A stretch of 63,635 nucleotides of DNA, counting the filler, from Limisphaerales bacterium (lineage in GTDB: Bacteria; Verrucomicrobiota; Verrucomicrobiia; Limisphaerales; SIBE01), in NCBI GenBank assembly GCA_044225505.1. It is 3 parts of 3 records of this genome, joined end to end, with 100 filler letters (N's around TTAATTAATTAA, not from the genome) between each part and the next. Parts side by side here need not be neighbours in the genome. Positions count along the whole stretch, not along the records: positions 22,244 to 45,006 come from JBGAIN010000146.1; positions 45,107 to 63,635 come from JBGAIN010000159.1; 1 more part is not named here. The stretch is one strand, 5' to 3'. Position 1 is the first letter of the stretch, and each line of letters opens with the position of its first letter. Below, piece after piece: positions 44,248-54,900 of this stretch. The position numbers and the translations under genes were made by a program. A model generated the notes under the pieces. The model saw nothing but the letters and a program-made list of their open reading frames with translations, had not been told where the DNA came from and did not search any database.

Positions 44248-45006
44248 TCACTTGATTGTTGTGCACGGAAGTGAGTTCTTGCTGACCAGCGATACAGGTG
44301 GCCTAGCGGCGGCGATCCGGTCCGTCAATCCACTCGCAGTCCACGTTCCACTCGGGCCAGTGGCTTTGAACGACGGGCCCACACCTTTGCTCAAGACTTC
44401 CGAGCAATAGGGCGCGCAGTATGGATAGATCTGATCGCTCCTGTTTTGCCGTATGAAGTCAGCCATGATTTTATCTGCTGTAGGAGGCGTCTTGATCCAA
44501 TATAGGCGGGCACTTTCGTCAGGCCTAGGCATTAGGCGGCTGATCTTCGGGGGGTCGACATTGCCATATCGAGCAGAACCTACGATGTAAGTCCCGTCAG
44601 GTAGTTGAACGTAAACATCAGCATGATCAAGAAATCCTACCGGGCCACCGCCTGTAGTCACCACGACACAGGCGTCAAGCCCGATGTGGTCGACAAAGTA
44701 TACTGGATTGTCGTTCGCATACTGGTAGAGGTTGGGTCCTCCGGTTCCCTCTAAAGGATCTCTCAGGACCCACCGCCCAACCGCCGGACTGTATTGCCTA
44801 AACAGAGTTAGATACAAGGCACTCGCTGAGTGGTAAAAGTGCCCGGTGAATCCAAAATCGGCCTCGAGATCGCCGGATACCTTCGTTCGCCGGCCGTATA
44901 GATCATATGCGTATCTCGCGCTCACGGTTCCCGAACCGTCGGTCATCTCTCGAACGGACCCTAAGTGATCTGTGGCAAAGAACAGGTTGGTCCCCGCAAC
45001 GCGCTC
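44248..45006 (-). CDS. RHS C-terminus with a putative permuted papain-like toxin tip; 5' end cut by the gap
   Basis: DHIGL core end, then a tip with FLDHADVY...YPYCAPYC. Confidence 0.8.
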   Translation of the reverse strand, partial: ERVAGTNLFFATDHLGSVREMTDGSGTVSARYAYDLYGRRTKVSGDLEADFGFTGHFYHSASALYLTLFRQYSPAVGRWVLRDPLEGTGGPNLYQYANDNPVYFVDHIGLDACVVVTTGGGPVGFLDHADVYVQLPDGTYIVGSARYGNVDPPKISRLMPRPDESARLYWIKTPPTADKIMADFIRQNRSDQIYPYCAPYCSEVLSKGVGPSFKATGPSGTWTASGLTDRIAAARPPVSLVSKNSLPCTTIK

Positions 45007-45106
45007 NNNNNNNNNNNNNNNNNNNNNNNNNNNNNNNNNNNNNNNNNNNNTTAATTAATTAANNNNNNNNNNNNNNNNNNNNNNNNNNNNNNNNNNNNNN
45101 NNNNNN
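45007..45106. other. Artificial contig-join linker
   Basis: N44-TTAATTAATTAA-N44. Confidence 0.97.
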
Positions 45107-45847
45107 ATTTCCGGTCCCGTCAAACGCCAGTCCCTGCGGATAGCTGTTCACGCTGGCGAACAAAGAGCCGGTTCCGTCAGTCGTGATCTTTCGAATCGTC
45201 GCATTGCTCGCATTGGCCACGTAAAGATTGCCGGCACTGTCGAAGGCGAGGCCTTGGGGAACGCTCAAGCCGTTGGCGGCGAAAAGCGATCCGGCACCGT
45301 CCGGTGTGAACTTCTGGATCGTATCGTTAAAATGATTGGCCGCGTAAAGGTTGCCGGCACGATCGAACGCGAGTCCATTCGGACCACTCAGGCCGGTGGT
45401 GGCGAAGACCGAACCGGTCCCGTTGGCGGTGAATTTCAGGATCGTGTTATTATTGAAGTTCGCCACGAAGAGATTGCCCGCGCCATCAAAGGCGAGGCCG
45501 GATGGGCCGCTCAGGCCGCTTGACGCGAAAATGTCGCCCACACCATCGGGCGCAAATTTCCGAATTGTGTGATTGCCCGGACTGGAGACGTAGAGCACAT
45601 CAAGGCGCTCGGGAGGGATGCGCCAGAATCCGCTGTCCAGCGTGTAGCCGCCGCCGGTCATGGTCGCGCCCGCGACCGGCTGGTCTATGGTGCCGCTGAG
45701 GGAATAACCCCCATTCGTGCTCGTGCCGCCGCCACCGGTAATGGTGAACCAGTCAATGGAATATTCCTGTGCGGAAACAGTCGTGGCCGCGGTGGCTGCC
45801 AATAAGACTCGGCCCAATCCGAGGAATGTTGTGATGAATCTGTTCAC
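45107..45847 (-). CDS. Secreted NHL-repeat protein, 3' end truncated
   Basis: Signal peptide, YSIDWFTITGGGGTS domain and repeated GLSGP.GLAFD.AGNL.VAN. Confidence 0.8.
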
Positions 45848-45900
45848 ATGCTTTGCCGTGTGAAGTTCGAGGCCATCCTTCGGTATCGAGTTGAAGCGCG

Positions 45901-47514
45901 TCAGAAGACAATCAGCATGAAATCAGATGAATTTGTATCATCTGGATTGTCGGCTGCAAACGTGAACACTTCCACGACATTGTTGGCGTTGTCAGGAATG
46001 CGATAATTTATTCCTCGATTGTAGGTGGTATCGCCGGGATCAGGATTGGAGTCGTATGCCACGGAGACTGACAGAAAACGACCTGAGACCGGGAAGGGAA
46101 ATGTGATTCGATAAACGCCGTATCCGACTTGAGCGGCGGTGAACCCACAACCTTCGGTTGATGCGCCCGTAACGCCGTTGTAGCACCGGATGATTTGCCC
46201 GAAGCCATCCACGTTGAGCATGGCCTTGGCGAAGCCTCCCTTGTCAAAAGGCTGCGTCGCGGACCCTTGGGCATGCACGGCTGGACCTGCGGCGCTCTGG
46301 GCGTAGACCCCGACGCCACCCGTAGCCGTGGCGTTTCCATAGACGGCGGCGGTATTGGCCGCACTGGTTTCGGCGTGGAGTTTCGCCACCGGAGCCGTTG
46401 TGCCGATGCCGACCCTGCCGCTGGTCGTGATAGCAATGCCGTTGGCTGAAGCCGGTGGACCGGCCGAATTGGCGGCCAGCAGTTTCAGCGTGTCGCCATC
46501 AAATCGGATATCGGCGCGCTTGGTCCCACTGCCACTGATCGTCATGCCGGTTTCAGTATTCGGGGTGTGGAACTCGATAAAACCGCCGCCGGTTCCTCCT
46601 GGTTCCAAAAGCGTGGAGCCTTTGACATCCAGTCGGATGCCCGCCGCCGGGGTGGCCGTGCCGATGCCAACATTACCGGAGGTTGTAATGGCGACGCCAT
46701 TAGTCGACGACGGCGGGCCGGCGGAATCGGCCGCCAACAGTTTCAGGGTGCTGCCGTCGAACCGGATATCCGCACGCTTGTCGCCATCACCATTGATGGT
46801 CATTCCGGTTTCAGAATTCGGACTGTGGAACCCGATGAATCCGCCTCCGCTTCCTCCCGGCTCAAAGAGCGTTGCCCCCGCAACGTGCAATCGGTTTCCC
46901 GAAAAAGGAGCGGCCGTACCAATTCCGACGCTGCCCGCGTTGTAATAGGCATTGCTGCCGTTGAGCGACCATACATTGCTCCCGGCAACTCCGGAGTCAC
47001 GCCAGGTCAGATTCCCGCTGTCGTAGGAAAGGAATTGCCCAGGCGTGGGCGGAATGCCGCCGGTGTTCAACTGGCTTGCGGCCACGCTGCCGCTGGCCAC
47101 CGTTGCGGCGGTCTCCGCGCGGATCGAGTAGGGCGAGGACGTGACCTCCTGCCGCGGGATCAACGGCACAAGAGCAGCGGCACCGACCGGACGCACCGCG
47201 ATGTCCAGCCAGCGGGTCGGGCCGGTGAATACATCCGCGCCAAAATCAATTCGGGTTGCAAATAAACCATTGGAGATGTTGACGGGCTGGAGGGAGAGCG
47301 GACTGCCCACGATGGCGCCGCCGGTGGCGGCGTCATAGAGGGTAAACCGCATTTCATACGCGCCGTTCACAGGCACGCCGTTGAGATTCAGCCGGCCATT
47401 GTAGGTGAACGCCGTGGTTTGCGCACGCGCCAAACTCACAACTCCCAGGAGAATGAGCGCCACCCACAACGCAGGTTGGTTTCGCCGGGGCTGTGATTGG
47501 GAGAGTGGGTTCAT
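45901..47514 (-). CDS. Secreted fibre/adhesin-like protein
   Basis: QTTAFTYNGRL N-domain, three GxVGIGT motifs and an internal duplication. Confidence 0.7.
   Translation of the reverse strand: MNPLSQSQPRRNQPALWVALILLGVVSLARAQTTAFTYNGRLNLNGVPVNGAYEMRFTLYDAATGGAIVGSPLSLQPVNISNGLFATRIDFGADVFTGPTRWLDIAVRPVGAAALVPLIPRQEVTSSPYSIRAETAATVASGSVAASQLNTGGIPPTPGQFLSYDSGNLTWRDSGVAGSNVWSLNGSNAYYNAGSVGIGTAAPFSGNRLHVAGATLFEPGGSGGGFIGFHSPNSETGMTINGDGDKRADIRFDGSTLKLLAADSAGPPSSTNGVAITTSGNVGIGTATPAAGIRLDVKGSTLLEPGGTGGGFIEFHTPNTETGMTISGSGTKRADIRFDGDTLKLLAANSAGPPASANGIAITTSGRVGIGTTAPVAKLHAETSAANTAAVYGNATATGGVGVYAQSAAGPAVHAQGSATQPFDKGGFAKAMLNVDGFGQIIRCYNGVTGASTEGCGFTAAQVGYGVYRITFPFPVSGRFLSVSVAYDSNPDPGDTTYNRGINYRIPDNANNVVEVFTFAADNPDDTNSSDFMLIVF
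46420..46935 (-). repeat. Intragenic 258-bp (86-aa) tandem duplication
   Basis: GxVGIGT codons recur at 46935, 46677 and 46419; the two repeats share EPGG.GGGFI.FH.PN.ETGMTI.G.G.KRADIRFDG.TLKLLAA. Confidence 0.9.
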
Positions 47515-47651
47515 AGCAATAAACGTGATTTCGCGGGTTGTGGAGGCGTGGCGCTCGGTCCGACATGCGCCAAATCCCGGCGAAAAGGCTCACGCGATTT
47601 ATTTTTATTCTGTGCGCGTGATGAGCCTTTTTCTGGTTGAATGGCGCATAC

Positions 47652-50600
47652 ATGGGCGATGAACCGACTGCCATGACGCCCGCTCCTTCTGAACAATCGG
47701 TGTTCGCGGAAGCGATCCTGCTTCCTACCCCCGAAGCCCGCGCTGTCCATCTCGATTCCGCCTGTGGAACGGACGCCGCACTACGCCAGCGAGTCGAGGC
47801 GTTGCTCCGGGCCGCGGAGAAGGCCGGAGATTTTCTGGAAGAACCGCCGACGGGCTTGAGCAGCGGTCCCGGCTCAACCTTGCAAATGCAAGAACTCAGC
47901 GAACAGCCCGGCGACAAAATCGGCCGCTACAAATTGCTCCAGCAAATCGGTGAAGGTGGGTGTGGTGTGGTTTACATGGCCGAGCAGGAAGAACCCGTGC
48001 GCCGCCGCGTGGCACTAAAGGTCATCAAGCTCGGCATGGATACCAAATCGGTCATCGCGCGCTTTGAAGCCGAGCGACAGGCGCTGGCGTTGATGGATCA
48101 TCCGAACATCGCTAAGGTCCTCGATGCCGGGGCGACCGAAACGGGCCGGCCGTATTTCGTAATGGAACTGGTGCGCGGCATGAGAATCACCGATTACTGC
48201 GATCAGAATAATCTCTCCACGGATGAACGGCTGAAGCTTTTCATCGAAGTTTGTCGTGCCCTCCAACACGCTCACCAAAAGGGGATCATCCACCGCGACA
48301 TTAAACCGTCGAACATCCTCGTGACTCGGGACGAGCGCGCCGCCGTCCCCAAGGTGATTGATTTCGGCATCGCCAAGGCCACCACCGCCCAGCGCCTGAC
48401 GAACAAGACGGTCTTCACCGCGTTCGAGCAATTCATCGGCACGCCGGCCTACATGAGTCCTGAGCAGGCGATGATGACGAGCCTGGACATTGACACGCGC
48501 ACGGACATTTACGCGCTCGGCGTGCTGCTCTACGAATTGCTCACCGGCCGCACACCGTTTGACGCAAACGAGTTGATGGCGGTTGGACTGGACGCCATGC
48601 GCCGGACCATCTGCGAAAAGGAACCGGCGCGGCCTTCGACCCGGTTGAGCACCTTGCTGGCTGCTGATCTCACGACCGTGGCCAGTCACCGCCAGGCGGA
48701 ACCCGGCCGGTTGGGCACGCTGTTGCGGGGCGATTTGGACTGGATCGTCATGAAGTGTCTGGAAAAAGACCGCACGCGCCGTTACGAGACCGCCAATGGT
48801 TTGGCGGCGGACATCCGTCGACATCTTGGCAATGAGATTGTCATGGCGCGTCCGCCCAGCAACTGGTATCGGCTCCAAAAATGGATACGGCGAAACCGTC
48901 TCGCGTTTGCCGCGGGCAGCGCGGCGATGGTGACGATCATGGCCGTGCTCGTCATTCTCATTGTCAGCAACGTTCGGATTCGGCACGAGACAGAGGCGAA
49001 GAATGCCGCGTGGTCAGCGGCACAGGCGAGCGAGCGTCAGGCCAGGGAGCAACTCTTTATGTCGTTGCGAAGCCAGGCCCAAGTGCGCCGTTACAGCAGA
49101 CAGATGGGGCAGCGACTTGAAAGTCTGGCCGCACTGGAACAGGCCGCCCAGATTCGGATGGCTCCCGAGTTGAGAGACGAGGCCATTGCAGCGCTGGCGT
49201 TGGCGGACGTAAGCGGCGGACCTCGTTTGCCGGTGTCGCAAACAAACTGCCTCGCACTGGCTCTCGATGCGACGGGACGGCGTTATGCGGTGCTGGATCG
49301 CCAGGGGATGGTCAAGGTGCGCAACGTGGCGGACCATCAGCAGGTTCGCCGGTTTGATGCCGGTCGCTCCGTAAAGCCAGGTTACGCCCGCCTCGCATTC
49401 AGTCCAGACGGCAGGTTTCTCGTCAGTGAGGGCGATGAACAAGAGACGTTTGTGTGGTCGCTGGAAAATGGGGAAACGGTATTGAAGGATGCGGCCCGCG
49501 GGGCGGGCGCCCCGACGTTCAGCGCCGACAGCCGGTTTCTGGCGCTCGCCTCATCTGAGGATGTAATTTGTTTTGATCTGGCGAAAGGACTTCAGGTGAA
49601 CCGGTGGCGTGCCGCCGGACGCATTCACTTCCTGCAATTCAGTCCGACGGATCAAAACGTCGCGGTCAGCTACAAGCAGGGACCGTGGGTTTCAATTTAT
49701 GCCGCAAAGGAAGGCCGGCTTCTTACAGAACTAAATGTGGGAACAGGTGGGAACATGCTCACGAGCTGGCACCCGGACGGCAAACAGCTTGCCGTGGGCA
49801 GCACCGCTCAGGGGATTCAGATTTGGAACGTGGAGGAACAACGCCTCGTCGCGCGGCTGGAAAGCCACGCCGACGAAGTGAACTTTCTAACTTACCATCC
49901 GTCTGGCAACTGGCTCGCCTCGTGGACGTGGGACGCGGAAGTTTGCATCTGGGATCCGGCGACGCGCCGGCAGGCGATGCAGATCCCGTTGAAGGCCGAG
50001 TTGGAATTCAGCCGGGATGGGCGCTGGCTCGGTTACTTCTGGGCTAGCGAGGACTGTGCTCAATTGTTGGAGTTTCTCGCGCCACAGGAATACTTCACGT
50101 TGCAGGAAAATCCACCGCCCGGCACGGAAGTGTACAACGCCAGCGCGGTCAGCCCGGATGATCGTTTCCTTGCGGTCGCGATGGATGACGGGGTGCAGGT
50201 GTGGAGTTTGCACACGCGCCGCGCGCTCACGAAGCTGCCGTGCGGCAATGCGGAATCGGTCACGTTCGACGCCAACGGTCGCGGCCTATGGGTCTGCAGT
50301 GCGATGAACGGGCTGCAACACTGGACATTTCAATCGGCTGCCACGAACGGCTCAATCCCGGACGTCCGGCGAATCGAATTGCCCTTTGCTCCGGTTCGCT
50401 TCGCGTCGTTCCATAACGCTCAAACACTCGCCATCGCCAGTGACGACACAGGCCAGAGCGCATGGTTGGACACGGCCACAGATTCGATACTCCGCGCGTC
50501 GTACGAACACCCGAACGCACACTCGATCGCCTTAAGTTCAGACGGTGAATGGCTGGCCACCAGCGGGTGGCACTCTGATCGTTGCCGACTTTGGAATGTC

Positions 50601-51137
50601 GGGACCGGCAGGCTGGCGAAGGATTGGATTGTCGGAACGGAGACGACCGTTGAATTCACGCCGGACAGCCGCGAGTTACTGGTGTCGCGCGGTAGCGACT
50701 TTCTCTTCTTGAGTGTCCAGACGCTCGAAATCAGCCGAAGACTTGCACGGAAAACCGGGCTGTTCGTCGGCGACGTGGCTTTCACTCGCGATGGCAAGAT
50801 GATGGCGATGGAAATGGCGCAGGCGGAGATTCACCTCAAGGAAACTGCGACCGGTAGCACCGTGGCGAAACTGAAAGACCCTTTCAGAGATCGGTCCAGC
50901 ATGGTATTGTTCACGCATGATGGGACAAAACTGATCGCCTTCTCCAATGTCGCCTCCGCGATTCACATCTGGGATTTACGCGCCATCCGCGCTCGTTTGA
51001 AACCAATGGGATTGGACTGGAACTGGGCTGAATTTCCTGTCGCATCGGTCGAGTCGCAGTTCTTTAAAAAAGGCGCCTCGCTCGGCAGGGAGATTGCCGT
51101 CTCCCTGATCACCAATACATCCGCCGGCATGCCATGA
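47652..51137 (+). CDS. Hanks-type Ser/Thr kinase with TM segment and WD40 repeats
   Basis: GEGGCGVVY, VALK, HRDIKPSN, DFG and GTPAYMSPE; C-terminal WD40 repeats. Confidence 0.93.
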   Translation: MGDEPTAMTPAPSEQSVFAEAILLPTPEARAVHLDSACGTDAALRQRVEALLRAAEKAGDFLEEPPTGLSSGPGSTLQMQELSEQPGDKIGRYKLLQQIGEGGCGVVYMAEQEEPVRRRVALKVIKLGMDTKSVIARFEAERQALALMDHPNIAKVLDAGATETGRPYFVMELVRGMRITDYCDQNNLSTDERLKLFIEVCRALQHAHQKGIIHRDIKPSNILVTRDERAAVPKVIDFGIAKATTAQRLTNKTVFTAFEQFIGTPAYMSPEQAMMTSLDIDTRTDIYALGVLLYELLTGRTPFDANELMAVGLDAMRRTICEKEPARPSTRLSTLLAADLTTVASHRQAEPGRLGTLLRGDLDWIVMKCLEKDRTRRYETANGLAADIRRHLGNEIVMARPPSNWYRLQKWIRRNRLAFAAGSAAMVTIMAVLVILIVSNVRIRHETEAKNAAWSAAQASERQAREQLFMSLRSQAQVRRYSRQMGQRLESLAALEQAAQIRMAPELRDEAIAALALADVSGGPRLPVSQTNCLALALDATGRRYAVLDRQGMVKVRNVADHQQVRRFDAGRSVKPGYARLAFSPDGRFLVSEGDEQETFVWSLENGETVLKDAARGAGAPTFSADSRFLALASSEDVICFDLAKGLQVNRWRAAGRIHFLQFSPTDQNVAVSYKQGPWVSIYAAKEGRLLTELNVGTGGNMLTSWHPDGKQLAVGSTAQGIQIWNVEEQRLVARLESHADEVNFLTYHPSGNWLASWTWDAEVCIWDPATRRQAMQIPLKAELEFSRDGRWLGYFWASEDCAQLLEFLAPQEYFTLQENPPPGTEVYNASAVSPDDRFLAVAMDDGVQVWSLHTRRALTKLPCGNAESVTFDANGRGLWVCSAMNGLQHWTFQSAATNGSIPDVRRIELPFAPVRFASFHNAQTLAIASDDTGQSAWLDTATDSILRASYEHPNAHSIALSSDGEWLATSGWHSDRCRLWNVGTGRLAKDWIVGTETTVEFTPDSRELLVSRGSDFLFLSVQTLEISRRLARKTGLFVGDVAFTRDGKMMAMEMAQAEIHLKETATGSTVAKLKDPFRDRSSMVLFTHDGTKLIAFSNVASAIHIWDLRAIRARLKPMGLDWNWAEFPVASVESQFFKKGASLGREIAVSLITNTSAGMP

Positions 51138-51721
51138 GCGACGTCACACGGATTCTCACCGCCATCGAGCAGGGCGACGCCAAGGCGACCGACGAATTAC
51201 TTCCGCTGGTTTACAACGAACTGCGCCGCCTGGCCGCGCACAAGATGGCTGGCGAACGCGCGGGCCATACTTTGCAACCCACCGCCCTCGTCCACGAGGC
51301 GTGGCTGAAGCTCGTGGATTCGCCAAATCAATCTTGGCATAACCGTGCGCACTTCTTCGGTGCCGCCGCCGAGGCGATGCGCCGCATCCTTATCGCTCGT
51401 GCCCGCCGCAAACAAACCCAACGCCGCGGACAGCGGGCGGAACATCTGGACGTGGATGAACTCGAAATCGCCAGCCCTGCTCCCGCCGACCAGTTGCTCG
51501 CGCTGAACGAGGCCCTTGATCGTTTCGCCAAACTCGAACCCCAGCAAGCCGAACTGGTCAAGCTGCGCTACTTCGTCGGTCTGAGGATTGACGAAGCCGC
51601 CGAGATTCTAGGCATCTCGCAGGCCACCGCCAAGCGTTGGTGGGCCTACGCGCGAGCGTGGTTGTTCGACCAAATTCAGTCCCCATCGGCGGGCATTCCC
51701 GTGCGCAGGGTGGGGGAATGA
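51134..51721 (+). CDS. Kinase-associated ECF sigma factor (PVC type)
   Basis: LLPLVYNELRRLA, HTLQPTALVHEAWLKL and AMRRILI; overlaps the kinase stop codon. Confidence 0.9.
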   Translation: MSDVTRILTAIEQGDAKATDELLPLVYNELRRLAAHKMAGERAGHTLQPTALVHEAWLKLVDSPNQSWHNRAHFFGAAAEAMRRILIARARRKQTQRRGQRAEHLDVDELEIASPAPADQLLALNEALDRFAKLEPQQAELVKLRYFVGLRIDEAAEILGISQATAKRWWAYARAWLFDQIQSPSAGIPVRRVGE

Positions 51722-51723
51722 TC

Positions 51724-51753
51724 ACGAGGGTTCGATTCCATTCACCCGCTCCA
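51724..51753 (+). other. tRNA-Gly-like 3' fragment; probable att duplication
   Basis: ACGAGGGTTCGATTCCATTCACCCGCTCCA gives a T arm, acceptor 3' strand and CCA, with no 5' half upstream. Confidence 0.7.
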
Positions 51754-51956
51754 CTGGATATTCAAGTACTTACGTAGCCAGTTTCCCTTAATCTCCCGGG
51801 CCGCCGCTTTCCGACCTGCTTCGCGCCTTTCAGGCTTTACCAATTTCAGGGCCAATTTAGCGGACTGGCAACCCCTTTGTGAAGCTCAGTTTGTGGCCGG
51901 GTAACCGTCACTTTCTCACTTTCGAAGCTATCGAGCCGCATTCGCGCAACCGCGCA

Positions 51957-54900
51957 TCAGGCAAGAGCTCTCAACTCCAGTTGCACCGGGAGCCATTCGG
52001 TTTGGCATTCGATCGGAAGCTGGGTGATTGCGGTAGTCACCGGCGATGAGCAGATGCTGGCCAGCGCTGGCCAGCTGCGGAGAAGTGCTACCACGTCCTT
52101 GAGGAACGCACTGACTCTTTCAGACGAGTCGCTCGAATCTGCATTGAGCCTCCAGGCCCCATCAATAAGCGCTGCCCCAATTCGTGTTGAGTCAATCGGT
52201 TGGCTCGGCGCAAGTTCGACCTTCGGCGAAGCTCCGAGCTTGGCTAGTGCGATCAGTTCTGAACGAAGTTTCGCCTTCACGGTCGTTTCGCCGAGTTGGG
52301 CAGCCACCTGACATGTTGCCATGATTAACTCCGGCAGCTTCGCGTTCGTCGTAAATTCGCGAGCAAGGGCCAACGTCGAGAGCGTACGACTAAGGATTTC
52401 CCGCCCGCCGGTACTGAACGTTCCGGATCCTCCCAGAAACTCGACCAACCCCCAAAGGCTTGCGTCCCCAGGGTCACGGGCCAAGCGGCCGATTGCGCTT
52501 TGGAGATCACAGAACTGTTCCAGTGAGGAACACATGGCGATGGCATCGGGGCCCAGTAGCCGGGGAAGGAAGTTTTCGCGCGGCACCGCCAGAAACGAAT
52601 TCAGCCCATTAGAGTAGCGAGTGACCGGTTTCAAGAATGGTAAGCTTCCAATCTTTGTTTCCGAAACTAAAGTCGTAGACAATGCTTCTCGTACCCCACT
52701 TCCCATGATCACGGCTTCGGTAGTACCCTCGAAAAGGAAGCCCATGCCCCGTACCAGAAGGTCACCAGGATCGACATTTCGAGGGTGGCAAATGTCTCGT
52801 GGCCAGGAGCGGTGCACCCCCACATCTGCCTCGAGTTCCTGACTGTTGTCCGAGAACCAAGCCGTCATGTCTGCAGATGTGCCATGCGGGAGGATTGACT
52901 GTAACTGCCCGGCGTGGCTCCAGAGGGTCGCCAGACGGACCGCCATGGGCCAAGAGCAAAAATCTGGTCTCCATCCGAGTTGCATGCTTGCCCATCGCAG
53001 AATCGCTGAGAACTCCGCGGCCTCTGCTCCACCACGCTTGGGGTCGCAAAGATACGAAACGAATTCACGTACTCGCTCAGTAACCTCAAGCTTCGAGGAC
53101 GAACGAAGCCAAAGTCGCCCCAGGTGTAGGCGTTGAACAAAGCTGGTCATCTCGCTGGCCAGCTCGCCGAGAAGCGCAGCCGCCGTCGCGCTGTCTTGCG
53201 AATCAAACTGCTTCTCCACCAGCATCGGTAGCGCAGTAGGTAAGCACGAGAGTCGCCGGATTGTCTCCTGCAATCCTTCACTTCGCAGTAAATCGGCGGC
53301 GGTTGAGTCGCGAATGGAATTGGTTTCCGAGGAGCCTGTCCGGAGGCGCAGGAAACGCGGAAGACTTTCAATGCTTTTCGGGACGAGCTCGCTGATTGAG
53401 ATCATCCGCTTCCGCTCGAATGCGGATCGCAGTCCGGCATAGTAGTTTGCCATCGATTCGCTTTGATATTCCTCCAGCAGTTTCACACGCACGATTGGCT
53501 GAGTCGTACGGATGATCCTATCGATCGCTGCTTCGCGTTCTGCCGCATTTAAGTCGAACCACTCGGGATGAGCACGCAGCAGACGCGCCTTTTCGTCGAC
53601 ATGTTTGTCAAACAAAGGCAACATTTCTATCTCTGTCAAACCGTGCTTGAGAATACGAAGCGTTGTTGAAGTCGACCCTCTGGAAAAGCGCAATTTTCCT
53701 TTGCCGTCGATTGATTCTAGAGTGGCGCCTCCGTCCTTTGCCGCCCGCGCGACAGCAGCCCAGAACTTGTCATCATTAAAACTCATTCCTGCCATTTCGA
53801 TTCCCGACCGTTGGACCGAGATTCCATATTCCTGGAATCTCTCGTCGGGAAGCTCAAGGGCGGCCCTGATCTTGTCCGGAAGATCCAAAATCAATTCTCC
53901 TACCAGGAGTCGTATACCCATCTCCTCTGAGCTCTTTTCGCCGTGCCTCGAGCGAGCATCTTGGATCCACTGATCTGCACTCCGGAGAGTGTCCGCAAAA
54001 AATCCAGCTGCAATCCTGGCCAGAGCTGGCATTTTGGCAGAAAGCGGGTTCAGTAGCCGCTCGGTAATCCAGCGAAAGAACCTCTGGCGTCGTTCGGTGC
54101 GGCTCTCGCGTGGACCGCTGAAGCGCAAGCCTTGGGAATAAAAGAGGCCAAGTGTGAGGCCTAGCGAGTGGAGATCCGTCTCAGCGCCCTGACGCGACTT
54201 GTAACACTGGCGCAGGACGCGGAAATCTAGGAACAGACTATTCAGGACCCAGTCCGCACGCGCCTCAGCTTCCTCAAGCGTGGCTGTGCCAGTCCAGAGT
54301 GCCAGCAGAGCTTCGGTAGCGGTGCGGGTAAACGCGAGCGGCAGCGCCATCTCCCGTAAGGTCCATTCGCCAGATGAATTCGCGGCCGCTTCCTGAAGTA
54401 AGTCACAGTCCAGTAACATGCTCGCTGTGGCCCGTCGGACCGCACGAAGCGCCGGCGTCTCCTCCACCATATGGTTCTGTATGTGCGCTCGGGAGAGATG
54501 GTAAAGAATCTCGTCGTCTGTCAAAGGTAGATAGCGGGCGTTCGCTGCCCGGAGGCGGAGAATCCAGGCGTAGTAGTTGGCTTCACTTAAAAGCCCTGTT
54601 GTTCGTAAATGCGCAAAGAGATCCACTAAACCCGCAAGCGGGGACCGGCCCGTGGACTGATACGCTTGTAAGAAGCGATCGTCACAACAGACGATTGATC
54701 CGACGGTCTCGCCAAAGTCGATCGTATCGTAAAGACAAAGTTCCTCCAGGCTGACACCCTCGGCTCCGGTTTCTGGCACCGGGCGTGTTCGGAAATGCGT
54801 TCGATACTTTCCGGAGTTCTGACCGCGGGATAGTCGGTCTAGGAGGTCCCCGATCTGCTCCATCAGCTTCCGGTTTGCTAGGTCCGACTCGAGTTCGCGC

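Noticed and set aside
39249..45006. Near-identical RHS copies as a diversity-generating retroelement TR/VR pair
   Set aside because: There is no reverse transcriptase in the window, and the differences are not visibly adenine-specific.
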